From a bacterium (GTDB lineage Bacteria > Oederibacteriota > PGYV01 > Palsa-1178): a DNA stretch of 64,000 bases. Shown in pieces: positions 19,523 through 29,104 of this stretch. The notes beneath the pieces were generated by a model that ran no database searches, had not been told where the DNA came from, and was given only the letters and a program-made list of their open reading frames with translations. A program made the translations under genes and the position numbers. The stretch is taken from contig JBAXIL010000004.1 in NCBI GenBank assembly GCA_037138355.1, forward strand, positions 2,717 through 66,716, read 5' to 3'. How positions within the stretch are numbered: the first letter of the stretch is position 1; each line of letters opens with the position of its first letter.

Positions 19523-20286
19523 CTTTCAATTCCTCTTTTAGACGCTTTTACAAACTCAACAAAATATTTTACTTCTTCTGTCTGCGGAATAGTTTTTTCT
19601 ATTTTATTTATTGCTTCTGCAAAAAGTAATGTCTTGTCTCTAAAAAATATAGCATACATATCCTCTATGGCTTTGATACTCTCTGGCTTGAAACCATTTC
19701 TTTTAAGTCCAAGCTTATTCAAACCATTAATTGTTGCATTGTTTCCATCCACCATACAAAAAGGTGCAATGTCTTTAATTATTTTAGTTCCACCGCCAGC
19801 CATTACGAACTTGCCTACTCTACAATTCTGGTGCACAAGTGTATAAGCAGACAAAACTGCATTATCATGTATGGTCACATGTCCCGCTAAAGCCACTCCA
19901 TTTATCAAAATAATATTATTTCCAAGAACACAATCATGCGCTACATGTGAAAGTGTCATTAAAAAATTATTATCACCCAAAATCGTTGCTTCTCCTTCAT
20001 GTGAGGCCCTGTGTATTGAAGCATATTCTCTGATAACATTGTTATTTCCTATTTTTACAAAAGTTTTTTCATTCTTATATTTTAAATCCTGTGGAGCTGC
20101 CCCTATTATAGCGCCATCTCCTATATAGTTTCCATTGCCTATAGTCGCAGCTTCTATATGGGCATGAGGACCTATAAAGCAATTATCTCCTATGACAACA
20201 TTTTCATCTATAATAGCGTAAGGACCAACCTTAACTTGAGCCCCAAGCTTTGCACTTTTTGCAATTATTGCAGTAGCATGAATCAT
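19519..20286 (-). CDS. lpxA: Acyl-ACP--UDP-GlcNAc O-acyltransferase
   Basis: 255 aa of hexapeptide repeats. MIHATAIIAKSAKLG N-terminus. Confidence 0.92.
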   Translation of the reverse strand: MIHATAIIAKSAKLGAQVKVGPYAIIDENVVIGDNCFIGPHAHIEAATIGNGNYIGDGAIIGAAPQDLKYKNEKTFVKIGNNNVIREYASIHRASHEGEATILGDNNFLMTLSHVAHDCVLGNNIILINGVALAGHVTIHDNAVLSAYTLVHQNCRVGKFVMAGGGTKIIKDIAPFCMVDGNNATINGLNKLGLKRNGFKPESIKAIEDMYAIFFRDKTLLFAEAINKIEKTIPQTEEVKYFVEFVKASKRGIER

Positions 20287-20327
20287 AAATCCTCCGATAT
20301 ATACTTCTCGTAAATGATTATCTATAG

Positions 20328-20771
20328 TTATTTAGCGTCAGCTATCATAGCCATCATGTCGGCTTCAGCAACTTTTTCTTCTCCCACAAATGCCTCACCA
20401 TGCATAGTACCTATGGCGCCTTTCATTTTAGTAATAGTAATATTAAATTTCAAGGTATCTCCTGGAGTTACTGGCTTACGGAACTTCACATTATTTATTG
20501 TCATAAAATACACAACTTTTGGCGCTGCCTCGCCTTGCATTTTTTTCATCATAAGGACTCCACCTGTCTGAGCCATGGCTTCCACAATTAATACGCCTGG
20601 CATAACTGGTGCTCCTGGAAAATGTCCCTGAAAAAACCATTCATTCATGGTAACATTTTTCATGCCTGTAATTTCATTTTCCTTTAAGTCAATTATTCTG
20701 TCCACCAAAAGAAAAGGAAATCTATGTGGTATTAACTTCTGTATTTCTGTGACATTTAATTCTGTCCCCAT
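20328..20771 (-). CDS. fabZ: 3-hydroxyacyl-ACP dehydratase FabZ
   Basis: 147 aa. LPHRFPFLLVDRI hot-dog motif. Confidence 0.93.
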   Translation of the reverse strand: MGTELNVTEIQKLIPHRFPFLLVDRIIDLKENEITGMKNVTMNEWFFQGHFPGAPVMPGVLIVEAMAQTGGVLMMKKMQGEAAPKVVYFMTINNVKFRKPVTPGDTLKFNITITKMKGAIGTMHGEAFVGEEKVAEADMMAMIADAK

Positions 20772-20804
20772 ATCGTACCTCCTGATTAATTTATTTTATA
20801 TAAT

Positions 20805-21623
20805 TTAGAACTTAAAACTATCTTCAATCTTTCTTGCCATTTCCACATTATGTTTATGCCCTGTCTTAAAAGCTATAATATGCATGTTTAAGTTAGCTCC
20901 AAGCATTCCAAAATCACCTACTATATCTAAAACTTTATGCCTGGTTAATTCATCTGGGTATCTTAAGCTTCCTTTTACTGGTAAACCTTTGTCTATCAAT
21001 ATTGCATTTTCTAAACTGGCACCTTTTATTAAACCTGCTTTTATCAACCAGCCAATTTCAGACTTAAAACCAAAGGTTCTTGCTTTTGATACCATTTTCT
21101 CATAAGCTTTAGGAGTTATTTGTTCAGTTACTTCAGCCGGTTTAATTCCATACCCTGAAAAATCAGAAAAATAACTTACTTTCAAACCTCTATAAGGTAA
21201 TACTGCTAAATATCTCTCACCATCTTGCACAAGCATGGGAGTTTTTATATCAATAAACTTTTTATCTTTTTTGAGTTGCTTTAAACCTGCTTTTTGTAAT
21301 GCCACTACATACGGATAAGAGCTACCATCTGCAGCTGGTGGTTCATCACCCTCCACAGTAATCACAGCATTATCAATACCAAGTCCTCGTAAAGCAGACA
21401 CCATATGTTCAATTGTATGCAAAACGCTTTTTTTATATTTTAAAGTTGTTCCCCGTTTTGTATCAGCAACAAGGCTTGGAGTTATTACATATTCACAACC
21501 TGCATTTATTATCTTAAGACCAGTATCCGCTTCTGATGCAGATATAAAAATTTTATTTATTTTCCCTTTATGAAGACCAGGACCTACAATCACTGCTGTT
21601 TTTTTTAAAGTAAGCTGTTTCAT
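20805..21623 (-). CDS. lpxC: UDP-3-O-acyl-GlcNAc deacetylase
   Basis: Start chosen at MKQLTLKKTAVIVGPGLHKG, 1 nt after the lpxD stop. LpxC family. Confidence 0.9.
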   Translation of the reverse strand: MKQLTLKKTAVIVGPGLHKGKINKIFISASEADTGLKIINAGCEYVITPSLVADTKRGTTLKYKKSVLHTIEHMVSALRGLGIDNAVITVEGDEPPAADGSSYPYVVALQKAGLKQLKKDKKFIDIKTPMLVQDGERYLAVLPYRGLKVSYFSDFSGYGIKPAEVTEQITPKAYEKMVSKARTFGFKSEIGWLIKAGLIKGASLENAILIDKGLPVKGSLRYPDELTRHKVLDIVGDFGMLGANLNMHIIAFKTGHKHNVEMARKIEDSFKF

Positions 21624-21624
21624 T

Positions 21625-22635
21625 TCAGGATTTCTTGTCCGCTTCCAACGCTTTAACTCTCTTAAATAGTTCTTCAAGCTTCATCATATATGCTTCAGCT
21701 TTACGCAATTTCATAATTGGCCTTGCTGGAGTACCAGTTACCATAGCGCCAGCCTCTACATCAGAAGCAATTCCTGCCTGCGAACCAATTTTAGCTCCAT
21801 CACCAATGTTTATATGATCCACTATGCCTACTTGTCCACCTATTATTACATTTTTCCCAATAATTGTAGAACCTGATATACCTGACTGAGCCACAATAAT
21901 AGTTCCTTCACCAACTTCCACATTGTGAGCCAAGTGTACAAGATTGTCCACTTTCACATTATCGCTTATATGCGTGGTTCCAAAAGCTGCTCTATCCACG
22001 CAACAATTAGCTCCTATCTCCACATTGTTTCCTATGATTACAATTCCTATCTGCGGTACTTTTAATAGCTTTCCTTCATCTTCCACAAAGCCAAAACCAT
22101 CAGCCCCAATTACAGTTCCAGAATGAATAATACAAGAAGAACCTATTTGAGTACCCTTATACAAAACTACACGAGGATAAATTTGAGTAAAAGAACCTAT
22201 GCTGCAATTTTCATTAATAATCACGCCAGCTCCAATAAAAACGCCGTCAGCAATTACCGCACCGTCTTTGATAACTGCAAAATCATCAATAAAAACATTC
22301 TTTCCTATTTTGGCATTAATAGACACGGAAGCTTTTGAAGAAATAAAATGAATTGCAGGACTTGCAGGATAAAAGATATTGATAACTTTCGCATAAGCAG
22401 CTTTAGCATTTTTCACTTTAATAATGGTCTTTCCTTCTACCACATCAAGTGAATCAGAAATAATAACTTTTGCTAAACACTCTTGTGCATTTTTTATAAA
22501 CTTTGCAGAAAGTAAAAAGCTTATATCAGTTTCTTTAGCGGCCTTAAGGTCGGAAATGCCAGACACAGTTAGTCCGGCATTTCCCCTTATTTCTCCACCT
22601 ATGATAGCTGCTATTTCTTGCAGAGTTTTAATCAT
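21625..22635 (-). CDS. lpxD: UDP-3-O-(3-hydroxyacyl)glucosamine N-acyltransferase
   Basis: 336 aa. N-terminal LpxD domain plus left-handed beta-helix hexapeptide repeats. Confidence 0.92.
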   Translation of the reverse strand: MIKTLQEIAAIIGGEIRGNAGLTVSGISDLKAAKETDISFLLSAKFIKNAQECLAKVIISDSLDVVEGKTIIKVKNAKAAYAKVINIFYPASPAIHFISSKASVSINAKIGKNVFIDDFAVIKDGAVIADGVFIGAGVIINENCSIGSFTQIYPRVVLYKGTQIGSSCIIHSGTVIGADGFGFVEDEGKLLKVPQIGIVIIGNNVEIGANCCVDRAAFGTTHISDNVKVDNLVHLAHNVEVGEGTIIVAQSGISGSTIIGKNVIIGGQVGIVDHINIGDGAKIGSQAGIASDVEAGAMVTGTPARPIMKLRKAEAYMMKLEELFKRVKALEADKKS

Positions 22636-22653
22636 TTACTATTCGTCTCTAAT

Positions 22654-23145
22654 TTATTCGTTCATCTTTTTAATTACAAGATAAGTTACATCCTCGCCGC
22701 CGTATAACACTGTGTTTTTCTCAAAAATATAATCATAACTTTTCTCTTTAGCAATTTTCTGAACTATAGCCCTTATCTCTTCTACTATGTTAGCTGTAAG
22801 CTCTTTTTCCTGCGAAAGCAACTTTTGCTGAATCTCCATGGCTTTTGACTGAAGCTTTTCTGCTTTTTCTTGAAGAGCTTTTTCCTCTTCTGCTACCTTT
22901 GACTTGTCCAAGATAGATTTTTTCTTGTCCAGTTCTGCTTTTGCCTTTAAAATATCATCTTTATCTTTCTCAACATTTTTCTGTTCCTTTTCTACTTCTT
23001 TCTGAAGCTTGTTTTTCGCATCAGCAGTTCCCTTATACTGCGAAAATACTTTTTCAATGTCCACATAACCTACTGTCAAAGCAAAAGAACTTGCAGTAAA
23101 AACAAACAACAAAATCCCAGCGAGTAAGAATACAATCTTTTTCAT
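22654..23145 (-). CDS. skp: Periplasmic chaperone Skp/OmpH
   Basis: 163 aa with signal peptide and K/E-rich coiled coil. Conserved position between bamA and lpxD. Confidence 0.85.
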   Translation of the reverse strand: MKKIVFLLAGILLFVFTASSFALTVGYVDIEKVFSQYKGTADAKNKLQKEVEKEQKNVEKDKDDILKAKAELDKKKSILDKSKVAEEEKALQEKAEKLQSKAMEIQQKLLSQEKELTANIVEEIRAIVQKIAKEKSYDYIFEKNTVLYGGEDVTYLVIKKMNE

Positions 23146-23185
23146 TTTAAACCCTCCTCTTTGATATGTGATTTGAATACTTTTT

Positions 23186-25543
23186 TTAGAAAATATTACC
23201 TATATTAAAGTGAACTTTTCCACCTGGTGTCATTTTATCTTTATCAAGTCCGTAACCCCAATCAAGTCTAATTAACATAACTGTACCAGGAACTGTTAGA
23301 CGCACGCCGCCGCCAACACTCGAATAAAGTTTTGGATCACTCCAATTTACATCATTAAAATTATCCCAACAATTACCAGCATCATAAAAAGCAGCAAGTG
23401 TCAGAACTCTTTCAACAAGTTGTAATTTATATTCTATATTTGTTACCATTGTAAAGTTTCCACCAGCGAGTCCATTAAGCGGTCCTAATTTTCTTTCCTC
23501 ATAACCACGCACTGTATCTGTACCGCCACAGTAAAACTTTTCTGCAACTGGTAAATCAGATGATCCATATCTGGAGCTATAACCAGTTCCATTACCTACT
23601 TTGGCATGCAGAGCAAGAACGAATCTCCAGAAACTCGGAATAAAATATCTAACATCAAGAGTTTCTTTAATATAATTATAATCTCCTCCAAGCAATCCTC
23701 CACCTAACTGTACAGCAGCATTGATATAAAGACCCCTGCTTGAATCAAATACATCATTACGAGTATCATAAGTATACGATGGAGATATAGACGATATTTG
23801 GCTTTTGCCTGTTGGAATCAAAGCCACTAAAGATGGCTCTATATTGGCATATTTGTCTTCTTCATATCTATATGTAATAAATACTCTTTGATTCTCACCT
23901 AATAATCTGCCTGCCGTAATATCAAATCCATAAGTTTCTAAATCGTATCCTTGATTATTGTACGCACTTGTCTTATAAGTGTTCCACACATCAAGAGCCG
24001 CAGATGTAGGGGTATCAAAAAGCCATGGATCTTTATAAGAAAGCTGCCAGCTTTTTTTCTGATTACCATACTGCACATCTGCAGAAAACATTTTTCCTTC
24101 GCCAAACAAATTCGACTGTGAAAGCTGCACATAGCCAACTAATCCTTCTACAGTTGAATACCCTGCACCCAAACCGACATTTCCTGTTTTTCTTTCTTCA
24201 ACTTCAAATACAAGATTAAGTTTATCTATGTCAACCTGTTCAGTATCAATAACAACATTATCAAAGAATCCCAAATTGTAAACCGCTTCTTGAGATTTTT
24301 TAATTTTATTTGAATCAAAAGGTTCGCCCTCAGCTAATGTCAGCTCTCTTAAAATTACTTTGTCTTTCGTGACATAATTACCACGCACTTTAATTTTATT
24401 TATGTATGCCACAGGACCTTCTGTAACTGATAAGCTAATATTTACCGCTCCAGTTTCATCATCATAAACATAATCATCCTTCACTTGTGAAAAGATACGA
24501 CCTTTTTCTGCATACATAGCATGTACGCCTGCTACATCCTTTTCAAACTGTATCTTGTCATAGTATTTATCTGGGGTTGTTACTAATCTTTCCATAATCT
24601 CAGCAGTTGTAAATAATTCATTTCCTTTAATTGCAATAGACTTCACTTTATATTTCATACCTTCTTCTACAGGTATATTAATAGCAATAGTCTTTTTCAC
24701 TTTATCAATTATGACATCTTTTGATATTATATCGTTTTTATTGGCTTCTATTTCACCAAAAGCATAACCATTAATCTTTGCTTTTACATAACCTTCCTGA
24801 TAATATGTAGCTAAAACCATTTTTAAATCTTCAACTAATTGATTGTCATTGTATGTTCCTGCCTGAAACCAGCCTTCTTCCTTGGTTTTCATTACGCCTT
24901 TGATTTTGTCAGCAGAAAAAACATTAATCCCAGAAGCAGTTATGGAGTTTACTTTTAGTTTTCCACCTTCATCTACATTAAGCTCCACATTGATACTCTT
25001 ATTAGTTTTGCCGTTTTTTTCAGTTTCAGTTTCAATCAAATTATATGAAACCTTAGCATAATAATAATTGCGTTCCTTATACATTGCCTCTATATTAGCT
25101 ATGGCTTTTTTTAATTTATATTCATCCAGATACTCGCCTTCCTTGATTTTTATCGCAAGTTTATCTTCTTCCTCAAGTTTGGCCTTTATATCGCCTTCGC
25201 CTACTTCTTTATTTCCTTTAATTATGACTTTACCTATCTGAAGTTTCTCCTTGACTTCCACTACCAAGACATTCTTATCACCTGATTTTTCCATGTACAT
25301 TTTAACATCGTCAAATTTGCCAGTCTTATAAAGATTGCTTATATCCTCGCGTGTCTTATACCTTGAAAATACCATTCCTGGCCCATAGGTTAACTGGTCA
25401 TTTATTTCCTTATCAACAACACTTGAGTTTCCAACAATTTTAATCTCATCTATTAGTTGATCTGGAGCTGCTACTGCTACCGCAAAAAGTCCAAATGCTG
25501 ATAAAGCCATTAATATAACCGTAAATAATAATATTTTTCTCAT
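23186..25543 (-). CDS. bamA: Outer membrane protein assembly factor BamA
   Basis: About 785 aa. Signal peptide, POTRA repeats, and a C-terminal Omp85 beta-barrel ending ...NIGNIF. Start chosen at MRKILLF downstream of a GGAGG. Confidence 0.92.
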   Translation of the reverse strand: MRKILLFTVILMALSAFGLFAVAVAAPDQLIDEIKIVGNSSVVDKEINDQLTYGPGMVFSRYKTREDISNLYKTGKFDDVKMYMEKSGDKNVLVVEVKEKLQIGKVIIKGNKEVGEGDIKAKLEEEDKLAIKIKEGEYLDEYKLKKAIANIEAMYKERNYYYAKVSYNLIETETEKNGKTNKSINVELNVDEGGKLKVNSITASGINVFSADKIKGVMKTKEEGWFQAGTYNDNQLVEDLKMVLATYYQEGYVKAKINGYAFGEIEANKNDIISKDVIIDKVKKTIAINIPVEEGMKYKVKSIAIKGNELFTTAEIMERLVTTPDKYYDKIQFEKDVAGVHAMYAEKGRIFSQVKDDYVYDDETGAVNISLSVTEGPVAYINKIKVRGNYVTKDKVILRELTLAEGEPFDSNKIKKSQEAVYNLGFFDNVVIDTEQVDIDKLNLVFEVEERKTGNVGLGAGYSTVEGLVGYVQLSQSNLFGEGKMFSADVQYGNQKKSWQLSYKDPWLFDTPTSAALDVWNTYKTSAYNNQGYDLETYGFDITAGRLLGENQRVFITYRYEEDKYANIEPSLVALIPTGKSQISSISPSYTYDTRNDVFDSSRGLYINAAVQLGGGLLGGDYNYIKETLDVRYFIPSFWRFVLALHAKVGNGTGYSSRYGSSDLPVAEKFYCGGTDTVRGYEERKLGPLNGLAGGNFTMVTNIEYKLQLVERVLTLAAFYDAGNCWDNFNDVNWSDPKLYSSVGGGVRLTVPGTVMLIRLDWGYGLDKDKMTPGGKVHFNIGNIF

Positions 25544-25897
25544 AAATGTACACTTACCTCCTGGAATTTTATAAAAAAACAATTTATTATATCATAACAC
25601 CTAAAATAAGCAAACTGTAAAAGAGATTATTTTCAATTATTAGACGATTAATCATAGCAAAAAGTTCAATAATTATTGAGGTTTTTTTGTATTTTCACTT
25701 ATTCATTTGACCGTAATCTTGCAACAAACTCACTTTCAGTTAATTCCTATATATAGCAATTCTACCTGTTACTATTGATTTAATCCTTTATTCACCAATT
25801 TTATCCTGAAATAGCTGACTTTTATAATGTTGTTTTCCCTTGATTTATTTCTGATTTTTATATAAAATAAGTCAATTCTTCCTTAAGGAGAAATGCT

Positions 25898-26479
25898 ATG
25901 GATTCAGACAAAAGCGTCCTACTTCTGAACACTACATTTGAGCCTTTGACTGTTGTTCCCGCCAGGCGAGCATTAAAATTACTGTTTTCTAAAAAAGCTC
26001 ATTCAGTAGAAGATGGAAATACATATATAAGAACAGTTAGAGCTCAGGTAAAAATTCCTTCCGTTATTCAAATAGTCTATTATGTAAGAAAACCCTATAT
26101 AGCTCCCAAGTTTTCAAAAAGAGCTGTTTTTATGCGAGATAATTACAACTGCCAATATTGCGGAAAGCATGTCCCTAAGCCAACAATTGACCATATAATT
26201 CCAAGTTCCAAGTTTGGCAAAACGAACTGGTATAATGTCGTGACCGCTTGTCATACCTGCAATAATAAAAAGGGTGACCGAACTCTAAAAGAAACTAATA
26301 TGAGATTGATTAAAGAACCGCACGAGCCAAAATTCCTTGTATATTCCGCAGTCATCTCTCCTGCCAGAGTAAAAAAATGGGAAAAATACTTCTATCCAGA
26401 ATTAAGAGATAGCGAGCGTGAAATAGTTTCTACTGCAATAAATTCATCCATGATATTAGGCGAGGAAGTTGCAGGGTAA
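25898..26479 (+). CDS. HNH endonuclease family protein
   Basis: 193 aa. HNH motif with Cys pairs (CQYCGK...DHIIP...CHTCNNKK). Divergent from bamA. Confidence 0.8.
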   Translation: MDSDKSVLLLNTTFEPLTVVPARRALKLLFSKKAHSVEDGNTYIRTVRAQVKIPSVIQIVYYVRKPYIAPKFSKRAVFMRDNYNCQYCGKHVPKPTIDHIIPSSKFGKTNWYNVVTACHTCNNKKGDRTLKETNMRLIKEPHEPKFLVYSAVISPARVKKWEKYFYPELRDSEREIVSTAINSSMILGEEVAG

Positions 26480-26523
26480 ATAAATAGCTTGTTTGTAAAT
26501 AATATCAACAACTATCAATTCGG

Positions 26524-27378
26524 CTAAAATTCTTTTAAAAAATCCTTTGGATTAACTGGTATTTTATATACATTTATCTGCCAATGAAGATGTGGTCCCG
26601 TGGCAATCCCTGTATCTCCCACGGTTCCTAATATGTCGCCTTTAACAACATGCAAGTCCTTATTAACAAATATTTTCTGCATATGATAGTACATAGAATA
26701 AACACCTGCTCCGTGGTCAAGAACTACAATATTTCCACAACTGACCGTCGAACCGGCCGCAACCACATTCCCACTATTTGAAGCGTGAATTGGGGTTCCT
26801 TTTTTTGCAGCAATATCCCAGCCCTTATGTCGCCACTGCGCTTCACCACTATCATAATCTCTTTCATCACCAAAACTTCCAGTGGTAATTCCTTCAACAG
26901 GTTTTATAAAAGGAAAATCATATTTAATTGCTGTAATTTGATCCTGAATGTCTTTTACTTTTTTGCTTTCCTTCGCCATTATGTCAGTAAACTCATCATT
27001 TATTTTACCTGTATTTATTTCAGTAGTTGCGCTTTTCATAAGCCTAACTCTTATTTTTTCTTCTTTCATACCTTCCGTTCCATCTTTAAGCATATATTTG
27101 ATTTGCATTTTCTTTAAGCCTTTTGTACCCAGTGGTACAGGAATAATAGCGGTACAAACATATTCAGTATCATGCAAATTAAATTGTTTGTAAAAGGCCT
27201 GATATGTTTTGTTCATAAAAATTATATCAGCTGCTTTTAAGGGTTCATTGCTGCGCAAGCTGACTTTTATTATTCCACCTTCTTTGACTATATTAGTATC
27301 AAGCATAACATAGGTTTCACAGAATAGTATTGCGGGAATCAAGGAGATAAAAAGCAAAGTTAAAATTGCTCTTTTCAT
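26524..27378 (-). CDS. M23 family peptidoglycan metalloendopeptidase
   Basis: 284 aa with signal peptide. HxxxD and HLHWQ zinc-binding motifs of LytM/M23. Confidence 0.88.
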   Translation of the reverse strand: MKRAILTLLFISLIPAILFCETYVMLDTNIVKEGGIIKVSLRSNEPLKAADIIFMNKTYQAFYKQFNLHDTEYVCTAIIPVPLGTKGLKKMQIKYMLKDGTEGMKEEKIRVRLMKSATTEINTGKINDEFTDIMAKESKKVKDIQDQITAIKYDFPFIKPVEGITTGSFGDERDYDSGEAQWRHKGWDIAAKKGTPIHASNSGNVVAAGSTVSCGNIVVLDHGAGVYSMYYHMQKIFVNKDLHVVKGDILGTVGDTGIATGPHLHWQINVYKIPVNPKDFLKEF

Positions 27379-27379
27379 G

Positions 27380-28303
27380 TCAGCAGTTCAAACATCCAGT
27401 TATTTGTTTTATATCTTTTATTCCATTTTTCCTCATGTAAGATGCAATTCCTTCAGCTACTTTTTGTGATGCGTCAGGTTCGCGAAAATTGGCTGTACCT
27501 ATCTGTACTGCAGTAGCACCAGCCATAATAAACTCTACAGCATCGCGCCAATTCATTATTCCCCCAATTCCTATAAGAGGAATTTTAACCACTTTAGATA
27601 CTTTATGGACAAATGCCAGAGCTACTGGTTTAATAGCTGGACCAGATAGCCCTCCGTAGATATTTGACAAACGAGGTTTTCGACCAGCAATATCTACAGA
27701 CATACCCACGATGGTGTTAATTAGCGATAAAGAATCTGCCCCATTGTCTTCGCAAAGTTTTGCTATTGTTTCAAGTGGTCCAACATTGGGGGATAATTTT
27801 ATAATGACTGGCTTAGTGTAAACTTTTTTTATTCCTTTAAGCATCGCCTTTATGGCTTGTTTATCTGCCGCAAATGCAAGTCCACCTTTTTTAACATTTG
27901 GACATGATATATTTACTTCAATCGCAGCTACTTCTGTATCTTCAAGTCTTTCTGCTACGCTTATGTATTTTTCTACTGAAGTTCCGTAGACATTGACAAT
28001 CACTGGCGTATTATATTTTTTTAGTTTTGGTAGTTTGTCACTTAAAAAGGCCTCAACACCTATATTCTGAAGTCCAATAGCATTAATAATACCTGCCGTT
28101 GTCTCGACTAACCGTGGAGTTTTATTTCCTTTTACTGGGTCCATAGAAAGTCCTTTAACAATTATAGCCCCTATAGAATTCAAATCCATATATTCATCAA
28201 ATTCAAGGCCATAACCAAAAGTTCCTGAAGCAGTCATAACAGGATTCTTCAGTTTCAAGTTTCCTATAGACACTTTAGTGTTCAATAAATTATTTGCTGT
28301 CAT
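27380..28303 (-). CDS. pyrD: Dihydroorotate dehydrogenase 1B catalytic subunit
   Basis: 307 aa. Class 1 DHODH motifs (NPVMTASGTFG, GGI). Paired with pyrK. Confidence 0.9.
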   Translation of the reverse strand: MTANNLLNTKVSIGNLKLKNPVMTASGTFGYGLEFDEYMDLNSIGAIIVKGLSMDPVKGNKTPRLVETTAGIINAIGLQNIGVEAFLSDKLPKLKKYNTPVIVNVYGTSVEKYISVAERLEDTEVAAIEVNISCPNVKKGGLAFAADKQAIKAMLKGIKKVYTKPVIIKLSPNVGPLETIAKLCEDNGADSLSLINTIVGMSVDIAGRKPRLSNIYGGLSGPAIKPVALAFVHKVSKVVKIPLIGIGGIMNWRDAVEFIMAGATAVQIGTANFREPDASQKVAEGIASYMRKNGIKDIKQITGCLNC

Positions 28304-28367
28304 GGTTAATATAATAACATAATTTTGGACATAATATAAGTAATTTTATTTCACCAAGTTTATCATT

Positions 28368-28395
28368 TTGAATTAGCATACCTGTATGATATACT
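28368..28395 (+). promoter_or_regulatory. Sigma70-like promoter for the plus-strand lipoprotein gene
   Basis: TTGAAT (28368-28373), a 16-nt spacer with an extended -10 TG, and TATACT (28390-28395). A GAGG SD sits before the ATG at 28429. Confidence 0.45.
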
Positions 28396-28428
28396 AATAA
28401 TATCAAAAACATATTAAATTGAGGTCCA

Positions 28429-29091
28429 ATGAAAACAATACATTTCATATTTGCAATGTTATTTACTCTACTACTTTTCACATTCTATAGTTGCTCTACA
28501 AGAATAGGTCCTACTACCCCTGTCGCATCTGGTATTAAAATGTCAGTTTCAATACAAACAATAAATAATAGCAATGCTGTTTATATGACTCAGTATGGAG
28601 CAGTAATTACTGACGCTTCTGGCAATTCGATTTCAGGAGCAACGATAACGGTTACAAGTGCTAACGGAACTTTTATTCTTACTGAACCAACACCAGGACT
28701 ATACATATACCAAAATGGAGGAGCCTCCGCTTATATAGAGGCACAAGATTACGAAATAAATATAGCTATAGCCTCCACAACATATACAGCTTTATCAAAA
28801 GCACCTGGCGGTATTACTCTTGCCGCAGATGGCTCAAATGCTTCATGGCTAAGCGAAGGTAATCTTGACATGCTGACAATATTATATCCAGCTTCTTCTG
28901 GGCAGCAGATTTTGGGACCCGATTTGGTTTCGCCATTAAACATAAGTGCTACAGGCGCATACAATCATGGTAGTGGGACATACTCATTGGGGTTTATTTT
29001 TACAAAAACTATTACTAATGCCTTTACAAACGCGTCTACCCAAAGCACCTTAACTTTCCAGGACGAATATGCTGTGCAGATAATTAAATAA
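28429..29091 (+). CDS. Hypothetical lipoprotein or secreted protein, inserted on the opposite strand between pyrK and pyrD
   Basis: 220 aa. Signal peptide with a Cys after the hydrophobic core (LLLFTFYSC). S/T/G/A-rich beta-like composition. No overlapping gene on the other strand. Confidence 0.6.
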   Translation: MKTIHFIFAMLFTLLLFTFYSCSTRIGPTTPVASGIKMSVSIQTINNSNAVYMTQYGAVITDASGNSISGATITVTSANGTFILTEPTPGLYIYQNGGASAYIEAQDYEINIAIASTTYTALSKAPGGITLAADGSNASWLSEGNLDMLTILYPASSGQQILGPDLVSPLNISATGAYNHGSGTYSLGFIFTKTITNAFTNASTQSTLTFQDEYAVQIIK

Positions 29092-29104
29092 ACCGTCTTT
29101 TAAA

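Noticed and set aside
20805-20830. Copy of the aacttaaaact intercistronic motif at the lpxC 3' end
   Set aside because: The motif lies within the coding sequence (encodes KIEDSFKF-stop) and lacks the accompanying inverted repeats. It is a chance AT-rich match.
25898-26479. HNH gene as a homing endonuclease or mobile element
   Set aside because: No flanking intron or intein, no direct repeats, and no integrase or transposase nearby. Reported only as a low-interest standalone gene.
28290-28481. 63-aa minus-strand ORF in the pyrD upstream region
   Set aside because: Overlaps the promoter and start of the plus-strand lipoprotein gene and the pyrD start. No SD, and hydrophobic nonsense composition.
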